A DNA stretch of 63,998 bases, filler included, from Intoshia linei (taxonomy: Eukaryota; Animalia; Orthonectida), in NCBI GenBank assembly GCA_001642005.1. It is 7 parts of 7 records of this genome, joined end to end, with 100 filler letters (N's around TTAATTAATTAA, not from the genome) between each part and the next. Parts side by side here need not be neighbours in the genome. Positions count along the whole stretch, not along the records: positions 1 to 23,088 come from LWCA01000570.1; positions 23,189 to 37,021 come from LWCA01001002.1; 5 more parts are not named here. One strand, written 5' to 3'. Under the pieces are notes generated by a model. The model was not told the DNA's origin. It searched no databases and worked only from the letters and a program-made list of their open reading frames with translations. The position numbers and the translations under genes were made by a program. How positions within the stretch are numbered: the stretch's first letter is position 1; each line of letters begins with the position of its first letter. Shown here piece by piece: positions 13,401 through 25,119 of the stretch.

Positions 13401-16400
13401 AGATTAGGTTAAATAACAGCGTGCAAAATGAAGGAAGTTGTGTATTATTATAAGCCAAAATTAATTTACGTCACATTTCAGTCTGCAAAATGAATGAAAT
13501 TTACATTATTATAAGCCAAAATATATACTATACGAAAAGAAATTTGAGTTTATTTTATAAATTTTTAGATTTTGAATTTTTTGTATTTTTAGTATGATTT
13601 TATATTTTTATCGTTTTTAAACCCGTTTAAAAGTTTGGTTTAAAAATTATTTCCTAAAAACCCCCCTTGAAAATTTGGTTTAAAAAAAATCTTAAAAACC
13701 CCCTCTTAAAGTTTGGTTCAAAAAAAATTACTAAAACCCAAAATTAAACTAAAATATAAATGAAGTTTTACACATTCTACGACTTATCCATGAATTGTAT
13801 ACATTCTACGACTTGCCCATAGAATGTGTACATTTCACAGTTTTACACATTCTATACGACATATACAAAGTAAGTAAGCATCATTAATAGTATAATAATA
13901 AGATAATTATCAAATAAAGAAATGAAAACTGTAAATCTTAGCAGTTTAGTAATTGAATTTTAGACAAATAATTACACAATGCATTACAAGACCTATGAAA
14001 ATGAAATAAACCTTGCCCCAAACTATGCAAACTCAGAAGTAGGTAGTTTCATTAATTCTTCACAAACATACGATGTGTCAATGTATAGTAAAGAATATAT
14101 ACCCAAAAATGCGCAATCTAAATTAGATGAAAATTTTTACAGAAATTATAAAAAAGAAAAAATATTGTACAACGATTCTAATAGTATGCCACGAAATTGG
14201 AACGAACAAATGATTTATCCAAATAAATGCAATAATATATACGACGATACACTCATTTCAATGTATGGTTGTGACTATGATAATTTTGCGTCTGTTCCAA
14301 ATGGGATCGCTTTAGAAAACGTGCCAATGAATGATGTTTATCGTGATTCACAACCGACTAATTCTAAAAATTTTTACATGCAACAAAACTCTAATTTTCT
14401 TAAAAACACTGATAATAATGTGTCACCCATTTTTAGTGTAAATAATTCTCGAGATGACAGTTTCAATGTATATAACCGAAACGTAAATACGGATGAATCA
14501 ACCCACAAAGCTAATAGAATGAACAATAGTACAGATCAAAGTACTGGTAAAATGTCTGTTTTGAGCCCAATATATCATGAATATAAATATAAAAAGGGTA
14601 AGAGAACTAGCAATCATAATGTCATTGAAAAAAGATATCGCATGAGTATCAACGATAAAATAATGGAATTGAAACAAATATTAACATCTGAATCTGAATT
14701 GCGGGTCTCTAAGGCTATGATTCTAAAATTGGCAATTGCAAGAATTAAACACTTGCAAAGTATAAACCGAGAACTAAATTTGGAAAATAAAAAATTAAAA
14801 CAGGCAATTTATTGCAATGGATATGTCACACCTGCTTTGAATACTGATGATTTTCAAACTAATATGGCGGGAAACGGGCATAGTGAAAATGCTCCGTTCG
14901 GTTTAAATTTGAAGGAGAGTACTGAACATGTCACATGCAATTATCCAGATTCTTCACCAATTATGCGCTCCAAGGCGAAACAAAAGATCAATATTACGCA
15001 CCCGAGAACGAATGTGTATGCATTTATACTGCTGTGTGCACTATTTTCCTTTAATCCTTGTTCAGTGATATCAAGTACATTTTCTTGGTATCCAATATTT
15101 GGAAAAATGGAAACAAAGTCAATCCAAACACGCACAAATGTTCCTAGTCGTGTTTTATTTTCTGTTAATAATAATCCCAGTATAGATGAATCGATAATGG
15201 TAGTTAATTCTTCTGCTTTCAGTGTATTTTATATCGTATTTTTTTGGGGTTTTGGATGGATGATCAATTTTGTCATTATGATGATTTTATTTAAGTTTTT
15301 TTTTTTTTTACCACGTCAAAAACTATTATCTGAAAAAGATTCATCGACAACTGAAAAATTGAAAAAAAGCGGACCTGCCTGGGAAAAAGAAGAATGGGAT
15401 CAATTGCACAAGGATTTTGATTTACTTTCAAAAAAACTAGAATTTGGTCACCTGGAAAGCATTTCAAATATTAAGAAAAAGTTTAATCAAAAAAATGAAC
15501 AAGAATATGAATCTTGTAATACAAATACTGCTGATGAAAATTCTAAAATTCGCAATAAAACACTTCAAAGCATTATGGCACACTTCGAACAATATGATAC
15601 AATAAAATTTGTCGAAAACATTGGCTTTTTAAAAATTTCCTTTGCTCTTTTTATTCAAATAATTTTTTACATTTTCAATTTTTTTCTCAATCCCTACATA
15701 ATGATGAATCGGGTATTCACTACTCCCGATTATTTGAAGATTGCTTATTTATATGATCGTATGTTGCAAATTTGTTTCCACGAAATTTGTACCACTGAAC
15801 CCAAAAAACGCCGTAAACACTTGAATATTTTAAGCTTGTATTTCGCTTTTTCTTCTTTGAATGCTGTGAAAAACGTAAAAACAAAAAATTATTTGGATCA
15901 AAAAATTGCAATTTACTTTAATGCTTCTATTATTTGTCGACTAGTTTGTCCTGACTGGATAAAGAAAATTATGCATCGTTATTTTTGTAGGCGTGCCATG
16001 CGGTTATATTACAAGTTAAATAAACCGCACGATACATTTCATTGGCTGAAACATCCATTGGGAAACAAATTTTTTTTTTCAGATGAAGGCAAACATGCAT
16101 TGAGCAACTCATTCAAATGGCACGACTTTAACTTGTCTCGCCAACAGTTCACATTTGACCCATTGATTAAATTCAAACAACATTTTGTATGCTGGCTTTT
16201 CAATAATGCATTAATTAACTCACCAAAAAATTTGGAATATCCTACTACAACCAATTTTCCTAGACCCGAAGACACAATGACTCCATTGATGTATCTAGGG
16301 AATATTAAAAATGTTTGCAGTCGAAGGGACGATTATGAAATTGTAGAGTTTTGGTGGTGTTCTTATATTGAATTGTCTGCGAGGTGGCCTTTTTGCAACA

Positions 16401-18259
16401 ATGAAAAAATGAAAAGAATGACTTACAGTTACAAATATATACAAAAATCTACTGGAAATGAAAATTTCTTACCTTTAATGAATGTTTCTATTCTGTTATA
16501 TTTCTCTGGACAAATTGTTATTAATTTCGACAATGCCAATTTAAATCATTTACAAGATTGTATTCATTCAATAAGGGAACAATTTTATATTATTGTCACA
16601 AAATTTTTTAATTTTTCTGATACGTGCAATATCATCCTGTTTAAATTTTTCGATTGGTTGATAATTTGTAAGTTCAAAGCTTTAAGTTATTATCAAGATC
16701 ACAACGAGGTATATGCCATTTCTGTGGCCAAGAATATTGAAAAAGATATTGCCGTTATGTCAACTATATGTCTCCGTTTACACCATTCCATTAAATCTGA
16801 TTTAGAAACCAAAGTATTATAATTATTTCATTTAATTATATTTTTATAGATCAAACTTCACAAAACAATGCTTCTGATTTTAAAAAGAGTTAATCTAGTC
16901 ATTTTATTGGATCAGGTTAAATGAGTTGATAAATTTGAGAAACAAAAAATTGGTATTTATTATATTCATATTTTAATATATAAAATATGTACATTGTACA
17001 ATAGGTACTAGTAGGGTTTTTATGATTCTTGATTCTATCCATTGTTTAACTTTTTTTTAGTCTCACACCGCTCAAGTAAAAAAATTTTTCCCTATCATAA
17101 AAAAATTTACTCTAGCATCACCAATTAAATTAGAATGGTAGTCCTGTCATTATATGGAGCTCGTCATAGGACTTTAGTCTTTGAAGATCTAAGACCTTGG
17201 ATTGCATAGTTTTATTCATATTATGATATTATTAAATTTATTTGAAAAATATGCGTCCCTTGTACCACTTTAGAGATCCCTAATTTGAATGTAATAAATA
17301 GTGTGGACCATTTTCTGTGCTGTAACATGGGCGCAATAAATTATACCAACGGAGTGATAATGGGTTTAGAACATGGGTGTCAATTATGCGACCCACGGGA
17401 CATTTACATCCCTAGTGGTGGACTGTGCGAGCCGTGATATAATATACATTTTTATTTTTATAGCAATTTTTTACTTAATATTACCATTTTTATTGTTTCT
17501 TATTTTATTTTATGAATTAAAATTATTATAAATTAATTAAAACTGTTAGTTTTAACATAATTTTTTAGTAAAGATATTTTTTGTGTATCCCGTAGAATAA
17601 TTTTTTTTGCACATTTGACCCCGAAGCAATTTGAGTCTGACACCCCTGGTTTAGAGTTTTAACTTTAGACTCTAGAGCAGTGATTCCCAATTGGGTCCTT
17701 GGACTCCTAGGTCAGTGATGGCAAAAATATGACACACGTGTCACTAGTACCACGCACTCGGACTCTGCCTGACACGCTGGTAAAAAGCTTATTTGAAATT
17801 TTTAATATGTTGTGGAAAAATTAAATCAAAAGTGTGTAATAATAGAAAAGTATATCTAAAATTATTTATCATTTAAAAAAGAACACGCAACTAGAAAAGA
17901 AAACAGCAAAATTTTTCTATAACACGCTAACTAAAATTTCTTGCCATTACTGCCCTTGAGGAGTAAACTTTTGATATTCAAATTTTTTCTATGGATCAAG
18001 TGAAATAGACTGTATCACCATAATTTTAACTAAAATGAAAAAAATACCATTGCACTCCAATGTAATTTTGAATACTATTATATATATACTTACATACATT
18101 CATTTTCTATTATTTGATATATATACATGTATTATTTTAGCTCAAAATTGTATACAGGTTTCTTTTTTGTTTCAATATTCACAACGTCAACAAGATTCAA
18201 ACATATCTTATTTTTCATCATTGAAACAAACAGTATCCTCCATTCTCAAAGTCAAATAA
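10412..18259 (+). CDS. SREBF: Sterol regulatory element-binding protein (membrane-bound bHLH-Zip transcription factor)
   Basis: bHLH HNVIEKRYRMSINDKI carries the SREBP-diagnostic Tyr. TM1 has the NP motif (ALFSFNP), followed by luminal RVLF (S1P-type site), TM2 and the C-terminal regulatory domain. Exons: (10412-10475 tentative), 10687/10695-10734, 10773-10939, 13964-16813, 16850-16924 (TGA) or to 16952, and possibly 18141-18259. Confidence 0.9.
10994..11207. mobile_element. piggyBac-like MITE
   Basis: TTAA|CTCTTTCACTGTCTG ... CAGACAGTGAAAGGG|TGAA: terminal inverted repeats with a degenerate TTAA target. Confidence 0.6.
11500..13099 (+). mobile_element. Helitron-like family copy, interrupted by the MULE, with an intact 3' end
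   Basis: Colinear with 27150-28262; ends ctgtttgttcgtagtacataacggacaacCTAG|T. Confidence 0.6.
12024..12782 (-). mobile_element. Non-autonomous Mutator-like element with a transposase remnant
   Basis: About 65-bp imperfect inverted repeats at 12024-12090 and 12712-12782. The internal minus-strand peptide HPIVWKLIGKLKEEHEFQRGIYIKAIAGE* resembles MULE transposase C-termini. Confidence 0.6.
13171..13745. mobile_element. Foldback-type element with inverted arrays of ~40-bp subterminal repeats
   Basis: The left arm has three tttttgaaccaaacttttaagrgggg-type units. The right arm has their reverse complements (ccccctcttaaagtttggttcaaaaa). Confidence 0.6.
17372..17648. mobile_element. hAT (Charlie/Buster-like) MITE; related copy at 57348-57660
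   Basis: TIRs CATGGGTGTCA / TGACACCCCTG; TSD gtttagaa / gtttagag. Confidence 0.7.
17713..17952. mobile_element. hAT MITE with CAGTGATGGCAA termini
   Basis: CAGTGATGGCAA ... TTGCCATTACTG; same terminus as the element at 60719-61303. Confidence 0.55.
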
Positions 18260-18821
18260 TAAAATATATAATGTATGCATTGTATTTTATTGTTTAAATA
18301 TATTATATCTAATTTTGAAATATTTTAATAATTTGAATTTTTATTAATAGACACATTAGACACCAAAATATCTTATGTGACATTTTTAAATTGACAGTCA
18401 AAAAAATTGAGCTAAAAACAAATTTAAAAAAATAAACTATATAACTAAACATGGAGTACAATATTATAAAGTCGGTACCACATTTAAAATCTCAAACGCC
18501 AATTTACGTTAAAATAAAGTTCAGTTTTAAGTTTGTAATATATAGTATATATATAGAAAACTTTAAATGGTCAGGCTAACTTCACCGTATGGAGTTAACC
18601 GAAAATATTTTACAATAGTTATTATTTTAATAATACTACAATTTTAAGCCCTAAGGATATTTTTTCTAAATACCCATGAGACACCTTAGTGTACATTGTA
18701 CACGACGATATTGCTGAACAAATTATTTACATTATTAGTTCACATGATTAATTTACACATTATAATACAAATAGTGTATATTAGTAAATAAATTAATGAA
18801 ATACTTTATATTACATGTAAA

Positions 18822-19519
18822 ATGAGTTTTTCAATTTATTCAAAAAAGATTTTTTTGTTAATATTACTGATGGGGTATGTTAATGTAAATTCAATGCAGC
18901 ATGTACAAGAATATAGCGATTATTTTAATTATAAAATATGTGGAATATCTTATAAAAATATACACAAAAATATGATGAAGTTGGATACAAATGAGATAGA
19001 GAAAATTCATCAAAATTATATACTTGATAATGTAGAATTGATCATCTATGGAAGGGTATTATTGCCTCCAATATTCAATCTAATTTAATTTCCTATTGAA
19101 TCATTAATGAAATTGATATTGTATGATAGTTTTAGTAATGACTACTTTTATACGATAAGAGCTTACACATTACTTATCGATATATTGTTTTTTTGGTTTA
19201 TTATACCATTAGTATTTTATGTAGATGACAGAGTTCATGCAGGGTTCTATCAAACTGAATATTTTTCTAAATGGGACACTATGGAAAAAAATTTAAATAT
19301 AGTATAATAATGTGCACATGTATGTATGGCATCTCGGAACTAATGTGCCATAATTGTCCATTTTACAAAAAAATGTTAATTTTAACAATTATTGGAGTTA
19401 ATGATATTATTCAAACAATTTGTGATGAATTCAGTGTTCATTATATCTATAAAGATCATCATATATACAGTAATTTATCACGTGGACAGCATTTGATATC
19501 ACATTGTTCCAGAATCTAA
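18822..19519 (+). pseudogene. Decayed intronless ORF with a signal-peptide-like N-terminus, family unknown
   Basis: Three consecutive ORFs: 18822-19088 and 19107-19307 in the same frame across one stop, and 19271-19519 frameshifted. The N-terminus KKIFLLILLMGYVNVNS is hydrophobic. Confidence 0.35.
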
Positions 19520-20534
19520 AGTCTCCAGTAGCTGTTTTAGTTTGTTTGTACGTTATAAATAAACTAATTTATTTATTTTAACCAAATACTGGATAATATT
19601 TTTTAATGTTGAAGTCGTTAAATTTGTAAAATTTATTTTTTTGGCCCTCATTCGCCATGTGTTTATACCAGCCTGTTCAATATCATAAATTCAAACCAAC
19701 AATTAGATCCAAACCTAGCGTACTTCGAACTCCTCTTATCTTTAATTTTGTAAAATGGTGGCTTGTTATTTCAAATTGACCATTTAAAAAAATTATTTAC
19801 AATTTAGTGAAAAGGGTTCTTCATTTTCATTGGTTTATATGAGAACATCAATTTATGATCAATATGAAATCTGTATTTTCGAAGTGTACACTGTACAGTT
19901 GTTTTTTGTTGAAATAGAATTTAATTCCAACAATTGAAAAGAATGTGTATTTTAATTATAATTGGTAGAAAATTAAATTTAAATTAATTTATTGAGAATT
20001 TTGCATCTTAAAATTTTTTTTATCAAATTACAATATTTATGAGATTGTTTTACGGTGTCATTAGTATAATAATTAAATAGTTAGTATGAAAAAATTTTTT
20101 TAGGATAAATTTTAGATTAAAAATCTAAAAATTAGCATATAATATTCTCTTAATAACTCGCTAATTCTGTATTTCGCCAAATGATTATTACTTAAATGAA
20201 TAAGACAAGTCTTATAGGGGCAATGGAAAATTAATAATAAAAATAATACTAAACAAAAAAGGGGTCGACGTAGTTTATAAATCTATAATTTTAACTAAAT
20301 CGTTGATGTACAATTGGGTGTCACATTTTTTTGAAAATTTTAGAATTCGATGGGCAATTAGCACTAAAACTATGTATTTTTAAAATAGAAAAACTAATTC
20401 CCAATCAAAAACATTTAACGTTATCTATTAGAGTTGTGTTTGTCATTTTAAATGTCACATTAAAAATATTATTGAGAAATTAAAACTGAACTTTATTTTA
20501 ACGTAAATTGGCGGTTGAACTTTTAAACGTGGTA

Positions 20535-20855
20535 CAGTCGGACCTCGGATTGGGCACCATTTTTTGAAAAGTGCCTCAAAATCAAAAGTTTTAGTAAGTT
20601 ATCTAATTTTTCATTGAATATTCAAACTATTGCAATATATTATGATGTTATATTTGTCATTTTGACATTTGACATATTATATCAATATATCTCTATAGGA
20701 ACTATACTTATATATTTTATATTTACAACATTTTTGCCCAAAAAGCGGGGTTAATTTCACATATATTGCTATGGCATCGATCTAAATACTATAAAATTAA
20801 CATAATTCTGAAAAAGTGCCCCAAAAACCGAGTATGCCCCAAAGCTGAGTCACTG
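20535..20855. mobile_element. pogo/Tigger-like MITE inserted at TA
   Basis: TA|CAGT...ACTG|TA. It splits a repeat whose uninterrupted inverse (tcggTAccac) is at about 18472. Confidence 0.7.
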
Positions 20856-21388
20856 TACCGACTTTATAATATTGTTCTCCATGTTTAGTTATTTTTTAAA
20901 TTTTTTTCTAGCTCAATTTTTTTGGAATATATTAACGATTTAATTTATCGAATTCTGGCTACTTTATTTACATTATTTAAATTTGTTTCAATTTGAATTT
21001 CAAAGTGAAATTTGAATGAGTGAAAAGTTAATTTACGTTATTTTGGTAGCAAATACTTTATTTTAGTAGCTCATACTTTATTTTTGTAGTAAATACTTTA
21101 TTTTACAGTGGATGTCACCTACATGGCTTATGTGAATAAAAGCTTCAAAACGGAGTTAAATCAAAATTTAAGAAATAGATAAATGTAGAAAACATTTCAT
21201 TCATCACAGCGCAAATATTTTAAATTCGAAATAATTAACGCATAACAACAAATACTAATAATTAAAAATAAAAATAACTAAAACCAATTAAATCAAAGCA
21301 AAATATAACTCGTTTCGAGATTGCTTGCTATTAAAAGTTATAAAAATTAGTTATAAGTTATAATATAGTTATTAGTTATAAATTTTAG

Positions 21389-22208
21389 CGGATTGTAAAT
21401 TATATTGCACATTAATTAATATTGACAGAAACTTTGTTTATTTTTATTAAAATTTTAAAATCTGTATATTTGTAAATGGTATCATTAATTTCAGGTAGTA
21501 ATTTATTATCAATATATGCAATATTTATATAGCTTACAATAAATTTTATTAATATTTATTATATAATTATAGAAGGTAAAAACTATTTTTATTTCTATTA
21601 AAATATTATTATTTAAATTTACATCATTAGGACGTAAACTTTATAAATTATAATTGTACATGTGACTTTTAATTTTATATATTTTATATTGATGCATTAT
21701 ATAATTATAATACATTATTACAATTTAGAAGGTAATAAAATGTATTAAATATGTTTTAAAATTTACAAATAATTGTATAAAAAATAATTTTCATTTATTA
21801 ACAGAGCGTAATTTTTAATTATTAAATTTCTATAATTAGTATACAATATATTTAAATATTAATTAGCAAGTAAAATATACAATATTTGTAGTAATTTTGT
21901 CAGCAATTGACTAATATACATAAAACTAAAATTAATTTCCTTATAACAAATAATTTTGATATAATATTAATGATTTTAAAATAGTTATAATTATTCTTAC
22001 AACTATTAGTAAATGTCAGTTTTAATCATTATAAATATATTAGACTGTAAAATTTAAAATATTTTTATATCGATCAATGTTAATAGTGGTCTATTAATAT
22101 GTCATTTTATAGTAGGTATATATAAATAAAAAAAATATAGATGTAATCTGAAACGTTGATAACAAATATTTTCTTTTTTTAGAAAGTAATATTAATATAA
22201 TATAGTGA
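21389..22208 (+). other. Array of candidate 3-nt micro-exons plus one 6-nt exon
   Basis: YAG|NNN|GTA at 21495, 21573, 21631, 21729, 21805, 21867, 22044, 22113, 22183 and 22206, plus YAG|CGGATT|GTAAAT at 21389. The phase-1 join is xDCKGQEPNLEM, stop-free. Confidence 0.6.
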
Positions 22209-23088
22209 GTAAGTTGTTAGTTGCAAAAGGTTGCTGAACCTTTAATTAGCGATTAATTAATCGTAACGGAATTTTTTTATAAAAATATACAAAAAATCTT
22301 TTTTACAATAAAATTTTCCATCTTAGTTATCATTGACATATTATATAAACAAAAAAAGCATTTAATGAAAAATCTTCATGTCTGTCATGAAGTCTATGCC
22401 AGTTAACACACTTCATCTTATCCCATTTAATCGTTGAAATTTGCGGATACAGTAGAAGCCGTTTATAGTAGGATCAGAGCAGTTTTGATCTTAGAATTTA
22501 GAATTGATGACTATAACCGACTTTATCATCTCTAATAATCGAATGAAATTTCATACATTTTGATCTACATGTACGTGAATTCTTCTTTTTGATCACTGCA
22601 AGCGACTTTTATTGTAGAATTATATTTTAAATACATTTGAAGTAATTTAAAAAAATACCATAGCTACATATCAAAAAAAGTAATATTTTTATTTTAACTC
22701 ATAAGTAAATAACCAGCCCGTTAACCTTATTATGTTTTTTAATGAGGTAATCCTTTATATTATAGTGCATTATAATTATTTTTAGAATTAGAAAAACAAT
22801 TACACTATATAAATTTGTTTTATTTAATTGTTAAACCAAATAAATAATTTAATTACAGGAATGTATGTGAATATCTAAAAATTTAATATTTAATAAATTT
22901 TTTGATTTTCAACATTTAGATAGCTAAAAAAATAATTTTTTAGTAAATTAATAGTTTAATCTAGTAATGAGTAGTACGAGATCAATTTTGGTGTAAATTT
23001 AAAAAATTCATGTTTTGCGTTCAGATACGATTGAATTTATACATATTTATTGAATACAAAATGCAGAAAATATATTATATCAAGTGTC

Positions 23089-23188
23089 NNNNNNNNNNNN
23101 NNNNNNNNNNNNNNNNNNNNNNNNNNNNNNNNTTAATTAATTAANNNNNNNNNNNNNNNNNNNNNNNNNNNNNNNNNNNNNNNNNNNN
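23089..23188. other. Artificial contig linker N-TTAATTAATTAA-N (also 37022-37121, 44275-44374, 49551-49650, 52344-52443, 62858-62957)
   Basis: Identical 100-nt spacer each time, with stop codons in all six frames. Confidence 0.95.
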
Positions 23189-23580
23189 CAAAAATAAAAA
23201 TAAACGTGCAGAACTATAACAATGATAGGATTTATATTAAAATGATATTAGCACCGATTACGTGAATAACAAAGAGAAGTTCATATTTTTGTCTCTCTAT
23301 AGTGTTAATCTAAATACGCACTATTTTAGATGCGCATTTGAATTAGAATTAATTATTTGTTGGATTAATGTTTTAATGCTTAACAATGCATTTTCTAAAT
23401 GAATGAAAATTCAGCTTTCTATATTTTCTCTATATTATAATCTAATGTTCAAATAACAAAAGATATAACTATATTTACTATTTTTTTACATAAGACTTAT
23501 GATAAATTATCATTGATAAGTACATTTTTACATAGAAAATTAGTACGAATTTAAATTAAATGGAATTTAACAATCAAATA

Positions 23581-23763
23581 TTAATTAAATTTGTTTATAG
23601 TTTTTGAACATATATTTTTAAATTTAATAGTTAATTTACTAACATTAATTAATGTCGAAAATGATGTTTCACAAGGTTCAATGGTCATTATTATACCGTT
23701 TGATTCAACAAAATATGAAAATAGTTCTGACATTTCTTGTAAAATTTCAAGTGATGATATCAT
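23581..23763 (-). pseudogene. Possible hAT C-terminal dimerisation-domain remnant
   Basis: IIMTIEPCETSFSTL resembles the hATC motif (S)CERSFSxL. Confidence 0.3.
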
Positions 23764-25119
23764 TTTAATATTCTACATTTTTAAAAGTTTTATAAATTCA
23801 AATATATTCAAAATTGGTATTACATTTATTAATATTTATTTAAAATTTAAAAATGTATTTAAATTTATTAACACGACAACAGATTATTAAAATGTTCAAT
23901 AAACTAACTGAAAAATCATAAAATCAAAACTTCAAGCATCAAGAAGCGGGGGTTTTTGTTGATGAAAATTAAAAACATTAATATCATTCTGCAGCAAATT
24001 AAGCGGCGCTCATTTCCTATATATGTCATTTGTCATATTAAAAAAATGGAATAGCCCTAGTGGGCATATAACAATGACTATAAACATTTTAGAAGTTATT
24101 GGCCAAATACACTATTTGGAAATAATTGCAAGGCAATTTTTCTTTGGGTTTGGTAAAAGTAGATTACTCGCATTATATAAGGGCTCTCATACTCAATTTG
24201 CTTGGCGGGTCAAATGTGAAAAAAATTATTACGCGGACATTGAAACCATTATAAAACCAACAGTTTTAATTAATTAATAATATGAAATAAAAAACAATAA
24301 TAATGGAATAAGTGTATATAAATTTTAATATGTAAAATTGTAATCATGAATAAATAAATGGTGAAAAATATATAACAAACTAAAAAATTCATGAGAAACA
24401 AAAAAATCATCACTAATCGTCTTATCACTCCTGCTATATATCAGTGGTTATCAACCTTTTTTTAGAATAATCCGTAAGTCAATAATTCATGCGTATTTTT
24501 TTAAATCGCCTCCTCCATAATTAATAAAAAAATTACACATTTTTAGATCTATAAACATCTTTTGAGAGGTTAATTACGTTAATAGTAAAAAATTATTTTT
24601 GAAATTGTGTTATGAATTATTATAGAAAAATCACGACTCCCCTACAATTGAGAACCACTGATATTATATCAAAAATTTTAACTTAAATTAACTTTAACTT
24701 AATTTAAATCCCAACACTAATACCATTGCGTTTTAAATTTATTAAAAAAATGTGTATATTAAAAACATGTTGAATGAAACTGGTATCCCATTGGCAAGGT
24801 ATTATTAAAAACATCAAGTTATTATAATGATATATTATATATAAATCTAAATTTTAGATTATGTTGCAGAAAAAATTCAAAAATGTTCGTTAGTCAGATC
24901 GGAAGCAGAACTCTATTGAGAACCATGTTAGAGAGTTATCATCACTAACGATACAAAATGGATAATTTCACTTGATTAAATTAAATACACTATTAAACCT
25001 TTGTCCATGGAGTTGCGACATTGAAAAATTTAAAACATTGCCTAATCATTGAAATTGATAAGTTTCCACGTGTTCTGCCTTAATATTAACTTAGCTTTAT
25101 TGATTTAAATTTTAAAATA

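Noticed and set aside
14941-16275. Antisense ORFs inside SREBP (similarly inside PLC and the SLC22 genes)
   Set aside because: Shadow ORFs of real coding exons.
23089-23188. Palindromic TTAATTAATTAA repeated six times within N runs
   Set aside because: Assembly linker with six-frame stops, not biological. Gene adjacency across these linkers is unreliable.
23890-25055. GC-richer, exon-like pieces upstream of PARL (e.g. MLNETGIPLAR|LCCRKNSK...)
   Set aside because: No consistent long frame or recognisable family; may be a pseudogene relic.
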